From a bacterium (GTDB lineage Bacteria; CLD3; SB21): 64,000 nt of DNA. The stretch spans positions 26,908-90,907 of the forward strand of contig JAEUSK010000248.1 in NCBI GenBank assembly GCA_016787925.1, written 5' to 3'. The notes beneath the pieces are model-generated. The model did no database searches, was not told where the DNA came from, and was given only the letters and a program-made list of their open reading frames with translations. The translations under genes and the position numbers were made by a program. This document shows, piece by piece, positions 29,663-40,100 of the stretch (positions are counted from its first letter, which is position 1; the number at the start of each line of letters is the position of its first letter).

Positions 29663-30199
29663 TTATTCCAATTTCTTTAAGTCTTCTTCGATGCGCCGGT
29701 CGACATCGGACGATGGCATCGGGGTTGAATCGTTCTTTGCCGAAGTCGTGTTGACGCGCGTGGCTCTTTTAACTACAACGAAGAGAACCACGGAGAATAG
29801 TGCGAACAGAATGAACGGCAGGACCCATGCCATGAGGTCAAATCCTGTGGTGCCTGGTTGTGACAAAATCACCTTGCCAAAAGGCCCTTTCCCGCGAAAA
29901 GTGTATTCATTCAGGAAATAATCCATTATTTCTGTTCTTGTTTTTTGAGCGAGAATCATCTCCTCGATCTTCTCGCGCATGGGAACAGCCGACGGGCAAT
30001 TAACGTGTCCGCATTGTCCCAGCACGAGATTGCATCCGCATTGACACATAAGTTCTTCGGAAATCTCTGAAAATAAAACGGCCTGCTCGCCGCTGAGTTT
30101 GGACGAATGGGCTGATCCTTGGGCGTAAGTGATTCCAACAAAGCTAACCAGAGCGAAACTGACTAAGAAAATAAGCCATATCCAACTATATTTTTTCAC
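29663..30199 (-). CDS. ccmH: cytochrome c-type biogenesis protein CcmH/NrfF-like
   Basis: The motif ..MCQCGCNLVLGQC..EEMILAQKTRTEIMDYFLNEY resembles the CcmH LRCxxC...GxSxxEIxDxxVxRYG pattern. I chose the GTG at 30199 because it is preceded by AAAGGA and followed by a signal peptide; the ORF track's start at 30298 would overlap ccmF by 113 bp. Confidence 0.65.
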   Translation of the reverse strand: MKKYSWIWLIFLVSFALVSFVGITYAQGSAHSSKLSGEQAVLFSEISEELMCQCGCNLVLGQCGHVNCPSAVPMREKIEEMILAQKTRTEIMDYFLNEYTFRGKGPFGKVILSQPGTTGFDLMAWVLPFILFALFSVVLFVVVKRATRVNTTSAKNDSTPMPSSDVDRRIEEDLKKLE

Positions 30200-32222
30200 C
30201 GATATTTTCCTTTCTGCGAACTTTAACTTCCTTACGGTCTTCCGTATAAGCAGGCAGCAAACAAATGATAGTTCCGAATACCAATATTTCTGTGCCAAAC
30301 CATATCCATGAGACCAGCGGGTTCACATAAATCTGCAGCACGGCTTTTCTCTCAGTTTGATCCAGCCCGGTAAATACCACATACAAATCTTCCTGAATCG
30401 TCTTATACAATGCGACTTCAGTGGTGGGCTGCTGGCTGGCTTTATACATTCGGTATTCCGGTTTTAACTCATGCACTTTGCGTCCGTCTTTGTAAACACC
30501 GAGAACACTGAAAGAAGATTCATAATTAGCGTTCGATTCAAAACCGATCTTGTCGCATTTCAGCGTGTAGTCTTTGACCTGAAATGATTGCCCTTCGCCC
30601 AATTCCGTCTTGGTTTCGAAGTTGAATATGACTCCGGTAATGCCGACGAAAATGATTACCATGGCAAAGTGAACGATATAGCCGCCGTATCGTGGTTTGT
30701 TCTTCCACGTCAAATTTTTAAGCGCGATGAGAAAATTTTCTTTCGTTGAATGCATTCGGGCCGCCGTGCCTTTTACGAATTCAATGACAATAACGGCAGT
30801 AACAAATATGGACAATGTGAATGAAATTAAGCCGTAAAGATGCTGGGTCAGAAAAATAAACACAATGATACCGCCGGCTAATGCGATGAGGCTCGGATAG
30901 AGAAATGCCTTTCTTAAACTTGCCAGCGAAGTTTTTCGCCATGCAAAAAGAGGACCTGCGCCGGTAAGAAAAAGTAAGAATAATGCAATCGGAACATTCA
31001 CCTTATTGAAAAAAGGAGCTCCAACAACAATCTTTTCTCCGGTAACTGCTTCCGAAATCACAGGAAATATGGTTCCCCATAGAACGGCAAAACAGGAAAT
31101 CAATAATACAAGATTGTTGAATAAGAAACTGCTTTCGCGTGACAATGCGGAATCGAGCTTTCCTTCGCTCTTCAGTTGGGGAAGCCTGTATATGACTAAC
31201 GCAACCGAAAACGCAAGGGTAATAATGATGAACGTCATGAAGAATATGCCGATGGATCCTTCGGCAAATGCGTGAACGGACGAGACTACGCCCGATCGTG
31301 TTAAAAAAGTGCCAAAAAGGCAGAGGAGATACGTTGCGATGATCAGCGTTACATTCCAAACCTTGAACATATTCTTCTTTTCCTGGATCATCACGGAGTG
31401 GAGAAAAGCCGTTCCGGTAAGCCACGGCATCAATGATGCGTTTTCAACAGGATCCCAAGCCCAATATCCGCCCCAGCCGAGTTCCTCATAAGCCCACCAT
31501 CCGCCCATCATGATGCCGGCGCTTTGGAACAGCCATGCGAAAAGTGTCCAGCGACGTGACAATTTGATCCATTGGTCATCTAATTGTCCACTCAGTAACG
31601 CGGCAATAGCAAATGCAAACGGAATGACGAATCCGACATATCCAAAAAATAAAGTCGGCGGGTGAATGATCATTGCCGGATGCTGCAGTAAGGGATTCAA
31701 TCCGCGGCCGTCAACTGGAAAAAAGGGCGTAGTCGAGCCGTCACCATGAACGGTTACAAGCTCACTGAATGGATTTGCCGACCACAGGTTGAGCGACAGA
31801 AAAAATATTTGGCTGATCATCGTGGTCATAATGACATAAGGAATCAATTCCCCATGTGTGTTGCGGTACCTATACGTCACGGCAAAACTGTAGCCGGCAA
31901 GCAGCAGGGACCACAAAAGTAATGAACCGGCCTGTCCTGCCCAAAACGTAAATTTAAAAAAGTATGGCAGATCGTGGTTGGTATATGAGGCAACGTATTC
32001 GATATTCATGTTGCTGGTAACCAGCAAATAGATGAGACAGAACGACGCAAACACCACACTTACGAATACCGTATAAACGGAGCGTTGAGCAACGCGGATC
32101 AGATCGCCTCGTTTTTGTCTAATGCCCCACACCGATGTTATCACGGCAAATGCGGCCATTACGATAGCCAAAATGAGGGCGAAATTACCGATGGGCCCGG
32201 CATATCTATCTAGAAATTCCAT
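30186..32222 (-). CDS. ccmF: cytochrome c-type biogenesis protein CcmF/NrfE family (haem lyase)
   Basis: The WWD domain reads WGGYWAWDPVENASLMPWL. The 678-aa product has about 15 TM helices and conserved His residues. Confidence 0.85.
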   Translation of the reverse strand: MEFLDRYAGPIGNFALILAIVMAAFAVITSVWGIRQKRGDLIRVAQRSVYTVFVSVVFASFCLIYLLVTSNMNIEYVASYTNHDLPYFFKFTFWAGQAGSLLLWSLLLAGYSFAVTYRYRNTHGELIPYVIMTTMISQIFFLSLNLWSANPFSELVTVHGDGSTTPFFPVDGRGLNPLLQHPAMIIHPPTLFFGYVGFVIPFAFAIAALLSGQLDDQWIKLSRRWTLFAWLFQSAGIMMGGWWAYEELGWGGYWAWDPVENASLMPWLTGTAFLHSVMIQEKKNMFKVWNVTLIIATYLLCLFGTFLTRSGVVSSVHAFAEGSIGIFFMTFIIITLAFSVALVIYRLPQLKSEGKLDSALSRESSFLFNNLVLLISCFAVLWGTIFPVISEAVTGEKIVVGAPFFNKVNVPIALFLLFLTGAGPLFAWRKTSLASLRKAFLYPSLIALAGGIIVFIFLTQHLYGLISFTLSIFVTAVIVIEFVKGTAARMHSTKENFLIALKNLTWKNKPRYGGYIVHFAMVIIFVGITGVIFNFETKTELGEGQSFQVKDYTLKCDKIGFESNANYESSFSVLGVYKDGRKVHELKPEYRMYKASQQPTTEVALYKTIQEDLYVVFTGLDQTERKAVLQIYVNPLVSWIWFGTEILVFGTIICLLPAYTEDRKEVKVRRKENIGEKI

Positions 32223-32250
32223 GAAATTCCTTTCATTTTATACGGTTACG

Positions 32251-32262
32251 TATAGCGCTATA
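32251..32262. promoter_or_regulatory. perfect 12-bp palindrome tatagcgctata about 29 bp upstream of ccmF start
   Basis: Seen in the sequence. Its position suits an operator or promoter-overlapping regulator site for the ccm operon. Confidence 0.3.
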
Positions 32263-32336
32263 TAACTATTTTTACAAGCAAAAAAAATGATATTCATCAT
32301 GTTTTATCAATGAAATTTTGTAATAAATTTGTAATG

Positions 32337-34067
32337 TCAGCCTTTCCATAAGATCTCATATACTGTCACCGGTTCTGCTATGCCTTTCAATACGACCTGT
32401 TCAATGGCGGAAGCGATTTCTTTGTTCGGCAGAAGATCATAAGTTGACTGACTGATGATGATTTGTCCCTTCTTTGCAACACTGCAGAGACGATTGGCAA
32501 TATTTACTGTTTCTCCAATGACCGTATATTCCAGCCGCTTATTTGAACCGATATTTCCTACAATCACATCGCCCGTATTAATGCCGATACCGATGTGAAT
32601 CGGATCTTTTCCTTCGATTTTACGCTGGAAATTAAATTTTTCGACGGCGCGTTGCATTTGCACGGCGGCATTTATCGCACGCATAAAAAAATCGTCATAG
32701 TGAACCGGGGCGCCAAAAAAAGCCAGAATTGCGTCGCCGATGAATTTGTCTAACGTACCTCCGTAACGGTCAATAATATCGATACTTTCGTCGAAATGCG
32801 AATTAAGTAAATTGATCAGCGCCTGCGGGTCCATGCCGCGCGACATAGGCGTAAAACCGCGAATGTCAGTAAACAAAACGCTCAACATGGCTTTTTCGCC
32901 TTTCAAAATGCCATCGATGGACTGTTCCGCCAATACTTTTTTTGCGACATCCGGGGACAGATATTTCCCGAAGAGTCCTTCGACGCGTTTCTTTTGTTTC
33001 AGCCCTTTGGTCATCTCATTAAACGACGAGGCCAAAAGCCCTATCTCGTCTTTGCTTTTTACTTTTACTTCGAAATCTAAGTTACCTGCTGCAATTTCCC
33101 GCGTCGCGCTTGCAAGTAAGGCTACAGGTCGAGCTACGCCATGTGAAATAATGATGCCGATAAATAATGCAATGGCAGCAACGCCCAATCCGATAATGAG
33201 CATCAGTTTCTGCGAATCCACGAGCGGTTCGAGCGCTTTGTCGAGGGAATTGAAAAAGACGTAAGTTGCTATAACTTTCTTGTCTTCGCCTTCGGTTCCT
33301 GGCGATGCAAATACCGGAGAAGCTACACCCAAATATTTTTCTCCGCCGACCGTAAATTCAAATGCGGAACTGGATGTTTTCTTGATCATCGCATGATCCA
33401 GTTCGGATTTATGCTGCTGGAATTGGTCAAACAATTCTTGCCTCTTATCATGCATGTTGGTAGAGACAATCTTGTTGCTGACCAGGAATGCGATATGGCT
33501 GTTGGTTACCTTTGAAATGACTGCGGCTACCGTGTCCGTGACTTCGTAGCCCAATGCGATTGCGCCGAGAACCTGATCGTTGGCAATGGTGGGCGATGCG
33601 GCCACGCGGATCAATTTACCGTTTTCCTCCCAAAAACCGCCGTTATCGATGCCGCTGAGGGCGCCGCTAATCTCAGGTCTCTGCGATAGATTAATGTTCG
33701 ATTTCATTTCAGTTCCGACGTAGGCCAAAACCTCTCCGGATGGACTTAGCGCAACGAAGATGTCCGAATTAAAACCATTTATCCTGTTGGTTTCATCAAG
33801 ACCCTGCTGTACCGTGGCTTTATCGCCGGTACTGAGCTGAGCGGCAAATTTGGGGTTGTCGGACACACTGCGAGATTGCAGTATAAGCTGACTAAAATAG
33901 CTTTCGTTAAATTCCTCGTACGTGACATTGCTGCGTGAAAGCCGGTCGACAATGTCGCTTTTAATGCGTTTTGCCAACTGCACGGATACGAAGAAATAAG
34001 ATGTTCCGGCTATAATCAATATAACCAGAACAAGCAGGATAAGCTTGTCTCTGAATTTTAGAGTCAT
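32337..34067 (-). CDS. class III adenylate/guanylate cyclase with N-terminal TM, periplasmic sensor domain and HAMP
   Basis: The HAMP region is followed by VLFTDIRGFTPMS...IGDAILAFFGAP...GINTGDVIVGNIGS, which are CYC-domain motifs. Confidence 0.8.
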   Translation of the reverse strand: MTLKFRDKLILLVLVILIIAGTSYFFVSVQLAKRIKSDIVDRLSRSNVTYEEFNESYFSQLILQSRSVSDNPKFAAQLSTGDKATVQQGLDETNRINGFNSDIFVALSPSGEVLAYVGTEMKSNINLSQRPEISGALSGIDNGGFWEENGKLIRVAASPTIANDQVLGAIALGYEVTDTVAAVISKVTNSHIAFLVSNKIVSTNMHDKRQELFDQFQQHKSELDHAMIKKTSSSAFEFTVGGEKYLGVASPVFASPGTEGEDKKVIATYVFFNSLDKALEPLVDSQKLMLIIGLGVAAIALFIGIIISHGVARPVALLASATREIAAGNLDFEVKVKSKDEIGLLASSFNEMTKGLKQKKRVEGLFGKYLSPDVAKKVLAEQSIDGILKGEKAMLSVLFTDIRGFTPMSRGMDPQALINLLNSHFDESIDIIDRYGGTLDKFIGDAILAFFGAPVHYDDFFMRAINAAVQMQRAVEKFNFQRKIEGKDPIHIGIGINTGDVIVGNIGSNKRLEYTVIGETVNIANRLCSVAKKGQIIISQSTYDLLPNKEIASAIEQVVLKGIAEPVTVYEILWKG

Positions 34068-34366
34068 AAATATCTGATGTTTCGTTGGGGATTAAATCGG
34101 AAAAAACATACATTTTAATGGTAAAAAAAACAAGTCTAAAATGTGTCATACAAATCGTTTTTCAGATAACCGGGCTTGGGGGAAATTAAGTTACTTCAGA
34201 AATAATTATTTGAAAAGCGCATGAATAATCTTATATTGATTACAAGGTTCTTGCTATTTGCCTATATTTCTCTTTAACCTGACACATCCTTGTGTTTTTC
34301 CTGATCTAATATCCTAATCTGTTCTTCTTTTCATTGATCAACATATGTACCAATAACTAATCGCTT

Positions 34367-37180
34367 ATGAAGCTGTTTGATATCTGGCAATTCAGGGTCG
34401 TTGTCGCTGTCTTTGTTATTGTCGCCATAGCGGTTCCGGCTTTGGTTTTCCTGTTGCCCTTTCAATTGCCTGAACCTGCATTATTAAACATCCAATCGCT
34501 GACGGTAAGATTAGTCATATGGCTGATTTGCGTGGCCGCCGGTGTTTTTTTCCTCATAATTAACCTGCAGTCACTCGTCAAGAGACACGAAGTCACAAAA
34601 AAATCACAGCAATTCGACGTCCTTAACGCCGTGCATGAATCCCTTATACGGGAAATCGAACTGGAGAAGGTATTGGAAAAGATTATTGAATTGGCCATCA
34701 CGGCAATACCGGCGGCCGAAAAAGGCTGTGTACTTATTCTGAATGAAGAGAAACGTTATTTAGAAGTAAGGGCTCAAAAGGGATATGATGAACTTCCTGC
34801 AAATTTTCATATCAAACTGGGAGAAGGATATGGGGGAGAAGCTGTATCGCAAGGAAGGAATTTCCTTATTCACGATCTCGATAGGGAGGATGCGCGATTA
34901 CGAACGATCAAGTCGTTTGGTGTAAATAGGCCGCGCATCAAATCCGCAGTGACCACTGTTTTAAAGATGAGAGATAAATGTGTTGGAACGATATCTCTGG
35001 AAAACGGCACAGTCACTCATGCCTTCACAGAACATGATTTGAAACTTCTGGTGTCTCTGGCGTCGCCGGCTTCATTGGCCATCGAGAACGCGATGTTGTA
35101 TGAAAGCGTCCGCAAACATGCCCGTGAACTTGAAATGCTTAACAGGGTTAATTTTGATCTGATCCAATCTCTTGACCTTCAGACGGTTCTGCAAAAGGTT
35201 ATTGATTCAGCTATTACGGCCATTCCAAAAGCAAAGATGGGCACCGTCCTTCTGTTGGATGAAGAAAACAAAAATCTTGTTGTTAAAGCGTTTCGCGGAT
35301 ACGATCCGGAAGTTCTCAAAGGATTCGTTTTGCCTGTGGGTAAAGGCTTTTCAGGCGTAGCAGTATCCCAAAGAAAAAGTTTTATTATTTCTGATTTGAG
35401 TTTGCCCTTATACAAGAAATTTTGGCTTAAGGACGAACAATCTGCGCCGATGAAAATAAGGTCGGCGATGACGGCGGTATTGATGGTCAAAGATAAATTG
35501 ATCGGTACGATTTCTCTTGAGAATCCGCATGAAGCGGATGTCTTTAAAGAGAACGATCTTAAAATTCTTACATCATTTGCTTCGCAGGCCGCGATGGCCA
35601 TTGAAAACGCTAAATTCTATGAGACCCTGGAAAGGGAAGTCGAACAGCGAACGTCCAAACTTCGTGAAATGAACATGAAAATTGTCGAGGCCGATCGTCT
35701 AAAATCGGAATTTCTTGCCAATATGAGTCACGAACTCCGTACTCCGCTGAATGCAATCATCGGCTTTTCAGAATTATTACTTGATGAAGCACAAGAGGAA
35801 GAGATCAAAAACAAACGCGAATGTCTTATTGACATATACCAAAGCGGAAGACATTTGCTTCAGCTGATCAATGACATTCTTGATCTCTCAAAAATCGAAG
35901 CGGGCAAAATGGAACTCCATCTTGAAAATTTTATTATTACGGATCTTATGTATTCAGTTCAAAGAACGGTTGCGCCTTTACTCGACAAGAAAGCGCAAAA
36001 ATTGAAAATCGAGATACCGAAGAACTTCCCTGTGGTATTTGCCGATCCCAAGAAAATAAGGCAAGTGATGTTGAACTTGGTAAGTAATGCCATTAAGTTT
36101 TCGCCCAATCAAACTGAGATTTGCGTGACGTCATCCTATCATGAGGAAAATAAAGGCAATGCGTTTGAAATTACCGTGGCCGATCACGGCCGCGGCATTC
36201 GTGAAGAAGACCAGAAGATTATTTTTGACGAATTTCGTCAGGTCGATGGAAGCACAACGCGAGAAGATCAGGGCACAGGCCTCGGCCTCGCACTTTGCCG
36301 CAGACTCGTCGAAATGCACGGCGGCAGGATATGGGTCGACAGCATTTACGGACAAGGAAGCACTTTCAAAGTTCGCATTCCGCAGAGTCAATCAAAAATG
36401 GAAGAAGTCATTGGAGATCTTAGTCAGGAACGTGCGTATTCCAGCGATTTCATTCTGGTCGTTGAAGACGACCTTCAATCAGCAAATTTGATGAAACGGT
36501 TCTTAGAACTCGAAGGGTATCGCGTGGTGAATGTTCGGAACGGCAATGAAGTCCTGGCCGAAGCAAAAAAGATAAGGCCGCTGGCCATCACACTAGACAT
36601 TATGCTTCCCGGAAAAGACGGTTGGGACGTTTTACAGGAATTGAAGTCCGACAGTGTTACACAGTCTATTCCCGTATTTATCGTATCTGTAATGGACAAG
36701 AAAGACAAAGCGTATGGTCTGCACGCCGATGATTATTTTGTCAAGCCGCTGAATCGCATTCAGATTCTAGACCGAATCGGAGCATTGAAGAAACGTAACG
36801 GAGCTAAAAATCAGATCGACCGCATTTTGGTTGTGGACGATGATGATAACGCACTTTTCTTGACAACCTCTTTCCTGCAGAAAGAGGGGTTTGAAGTCAT
36901 GAATGCCCGGGACGGACGAAAGGCGCTTGATATGATCCGGATGGACAGGCCGGATCTGGTCATTCTCGATCTCCTGATGCCGAATATGAGCGGCTTTGAA
37001 ATGATGGAGATCATGCGTCATGAAAACGAGCTTAAAAACATCCCTGTGATAGTGCTGACAGCGAAGGAATTAACTCCGGAAGACCGTGCGCATATGAGCG
37101 GTCAGGTTAAGAAATTTATGCAGAAATCATCTTACAGTATTCACGACCTTCTGTATGAAATTAAGAGAGTGGTGGGTTAA
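34367..37180 (+). CDS. hybrid sensor histidine kinase: 2 TM, GAF, GAF, HisKA, HATPase_c, REC, REC
   Basis: The H-box is FLANMSHELRTPLNAI, the G-box is DHGRGI...GTGLGLALC, and two receivers carry the phospho-acceptor Asp (ITLDIMLPGKDG and LVILDLLMPNMSG). Confidence 0.85.
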   Translation: MKLFDIWQFRVVVAVFVIVAIAVPALVFLLPFQLPEPALLNIQSLTVRLVIWLICVAAGVFFLIINLQSLVKRHEVTKKSQQFDVLNAVHESLIREIELEKVLEKIIELAITAIPAAEKGCVLILNEEKRYLEVRAQKGYDELPANFHIKLGEGYGGEAVSQGRNFLIHDLDREDARLRTIKSFGVNRPRIKSAVTTVLKMRDKCVGTISLENGTVTHAFTEHDLKLLVSLASPASLAIENAMLYESVRKHARELEMLNRVNFDLIQSLDLQTVLQKVIDSAITAIPKAKMGTVLLLDEENKNLVVKAFRGYDPEVLKGFVLPVGKGFSGVAVSQRKSFIISDLSLPLYKKFWLKDEQSAPMKIRSAMTAVLMVKDKLIGTISLENPHEADVFKENDLKILTSFASQAAMAIENAKFYETLEREVEQRTSKLREMNMKIVEADRLKSEFLANMSHELRTPLNAIIGFSELLLDEAQEEEIKNKRECLIDIYQSGRHLLQLINDILDLSKIEAGKMELHLENFIITDLMYSVQRTVAPLLDKKAQKLKIEIPKNFPVVFADPKKIRQVMLNLVSNAIKFSPNQTEICVTSSYHEENKGNAFEITVADHGRGIREEDQKIIFDEFRQVDGSTTREDQGTGLGLALCRRLVEMHGGRIWVDSIYGQGSTFKVRIPQSQSKMEEVIGDLSQERAYSSDFILVVEDDLQSANLMKRFLELEGYRVVNVRNGNEVLAEAKKIRPLAITLDIMLPGKDGWDVLQELKSDSVTQSIPVFIVSVMDKKDKAYGLHADDYFVKPLNRIQILDRIGALKKRNGAKNQIDRILVVDDDDNALFLTTSFLQKEGFEVMNARDGRKALDMIRMDRPDLVILDLLMPNMSGFEMMEIMRHENELKNIPVIVLTAKELTPEDRAHMSGQVKKFMQKSSYSIHDLLYEIKRVVG

Positions 37181-37181
37181 T

Positions 37182-40100
37182 ATGAAACTGACCATGCAAA
37201 AAGGGCTGATCCGCTTGATCTTACCGGTTATTGTAATCCTCGGATTGGAATCGGCATGCACGGCCCAGGAACTTGAAATCGACTTTGAGAGAATAACGAT
37301 TGAACAGGGACTATCACAAAGCAGTATCAACTGTATAATTCAGGACAGTCGCGGTTTCATGTGGTTCGGCACGCAGGACGGATTGAACCGATATGACGGA
37401 TATGATTTCATGGTGTATAAACGCAGTTCTGTAGACACATTTACTTTATCAAGCAACTGGATTACTTCGTTGTTTGAAGATGTGTCCGGTTCGATATGGA
37501 TAGGCACTCAGGGCGGCGGCCTAAATAAATTTGACCGGTTTACAGAAAAATTTGTTTCCTATATGCACGATCCAAACGACTTGTCCAGTCTAATAAGTAA
37601 TGACGTGCGTTCGGTGCACGAAGATAAAAGCGGAACATTTTGGATCGGCACCGGGAGCGGCGTCTGTACTTTTGACCGCAGAACAGGTAAATTTCAACGT
37701 CTGACTAACGGCAATGGCATTGAGAAAGCATACGTTTCCGCGATATTTGAGGACCGGATCGGACAAATATGGTTTGGCACACAGGGGTCCGGTTTGTATA
37801 AACTGACTAAACAAAAGAATCGCACAACTGTTGTGCATTATACGCATCTGCCGGATTTTGCAAATAGCCTGAGTAACGATTTTGTTAACGCAATATATCA
37901 GGACAACAACAAGACCATTTGGGTCGGTACAGCTGGCGGGCTCAATAAACTACTTTCCGAAGAGACCGGCAGTTTTATTTCATTTAAGAAGAACGACAAA
38001 AACCCTGCAAGCCTTTCTTTTGATCGTGTTCAGACCATTTTTGAAGATCGTCTAGGGATGCTCTGGATAGGCACGGACGGCGGCGGACTCAATTGTTTTG
38101 ATCCGCGTGATCCCACGCGGACTAAGTTCGTTAGTTACACGCAAGACCCGATTAACCTCCGGAGTCTCAGCGAAAATCGTGTCTTCTCTTTGCTTGAAGA
38201 CAAGTCAGGAACCCTGTGGATCGGGACGGGCGGAGGGTTGAGTAAGTTCGACCGAAAGCCCAAGAAATTTGCACATTTTAAAACAGAGCCATACAACCCC
38301 AACAGCCTTAACGTGAGCGAAGTGTGGTGTTTTTACGAAGACAGTGAGGGCATTCTTTGGATAGGCACTAATGGCGGCGGATTAAATCGTTTCGACAGGA
38401 GGACCAATACATTTTCATTTTATCGAAACGAAATAAAGAATGGCCTGAGTCTGAGTGAAGATCGCGTATGGTCAATTCTGCAGGACGATGGCGGAGCGCT
38501 TTGGATAGGCACCAATGGCGGCGGACTGAATAAAATGAATATTGGTGCGGAATCATTTACGCGATACCGTAATGATGCGGCGAATCCAAAAAGCCTCAGC
38601 GATAACCGCGTCAAAGCCTTACTGAAGAGCCGTGACGGTAATATTTGGATCGGCACCCGCGCAGGCGGGCTTAATAAGCTCGATCCGGTATCGGAAACGT
38701 TTGAATCCTATGTGAACGATCCCCTTGATCCCAATAGTCTCAGCAGTAATAATATCTACTCGCTCTATGAAGACCGCGATGACGTATTATGGATAGGAAC
38801 GTTTGGAGGCGGCCTTAATAAATTTGACCGACGAACAGGAAAATTTACGGTATACAGAAACAATCCTAAAGACCCAAGTTCGATCAGTTCAAATGGCATC
38901 CTAAGTATGTGTGAAGATACGAACGGAAATTTTTGGATTGGAACTCAGAACGGCGGGCTGAACAGATTGGACCGGGAGAAAGGTACATTTACAAATTATT
39001 CCCGTGAAGCCGGATTACCCAACGAAGTCGTGTACGCCGTACTCGAGGATAATCAGGGTTATCTTTGGATCAGTACTAATAAAGGGTTATCCCGGATCCG
39101 ATATGACCAGGCCACGGGCAATATGGAAATTCGCAATTACGATCAGCATGATGGTTTGCAGAGCGACGAATTTAACGGCGGCTCTTATTATAAGAATCAC
39201 AAAGGCGAATTGTTCTTTGGAGGAGTAAACGGATTTAATGTATTTCTTCCCGAGGAAGTGAAAGATAATTCGCATGTTTCTCCCGTCGTTCTGACCGCCT
39301 TCAAAAAGTTTGATCGTATTCAGAAACTTGAAACATCCGTTTCTGAGATCAAAGAAATTAAGTTGTCGTACAGGGAAAACGTTTTTTCATTTGAATTTGC
39401 TGCGCTTGATTTTACCAGGCCGGAGAAAAATCAATACGCCTATAAAATGGACGGCTTCGACATTGACTGGATTTACTGCGGTTCGCGGCGTTATGCGAGC
39501 TATACCAATCTGGACGGCGGGACGTACACTTTTAGAGTCAAAGGCACGAATAACGACGGGCTATGGAATGAAGCCGGAGCTGCCGTCACGATTATTATCA
39601 CGCCGGCATTTTGGAATACATGGTGGTTCAGGCTATTGGTCGTATTGTTGGTCGGTTGGGCCGCAGTAGGGTATTACCGTTCGAGGGTAACTGCCGTTCA
39701 AAAGCAAAATGAGATTCTCGAAACAAAAGTAGAGGAACGTACGAAGTCACTTCGCGAAATGAACTCTAAAATCATAGAAACGGACAGGCTGAAGTCAGAA
39801 TTTCTCGCGAATATGAGTCACGAGCTGCGTACACCGCTGAATGCGATCATCGGTTTTTCTGAATTGCTTCAGGATGAAATGAAAGAAAGCGCGACGCCGG
39901 ATCAAATGCAGAGTTTACAGGACATTCACCACAGCGGGAAACACCTTTTACAGCTGATTAATGATATTCTGGACCTGTCAAAGATCGAGGCGGGTAAAAT
40001 GGAACTAAATCAGGAGCATTTTGAGGTGCGGCAATTGCTGGAATTGATCAGACGTACTGTCACGCCGTTATTGGACAAGAAGAGCCAGTTACTGGAAATA

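Noticed and set aside
31003-31425. 140-aa ORF on the ccmF strand in another frame, plus the 89-aa antisense ORF at 31006..31275
   Set aside because: They sit inside the coding sequence of CcmF, whose frame carries the WWD motif.
32812-33264. 150-aa plus-strand ORF
   Set aside because: It is antisense to the adenylate cyclase catalytic region. Its low-complexity Ser/Pro-rich translation is typical of a shadow ORF.
35179-35601. 140-aa minus-strand ORF
   Set aside because: It is antisense within the hybrid histidine kinase, with the same situation at 40823..41209, 40164..40505 and 36131..36391 in the second kinase.
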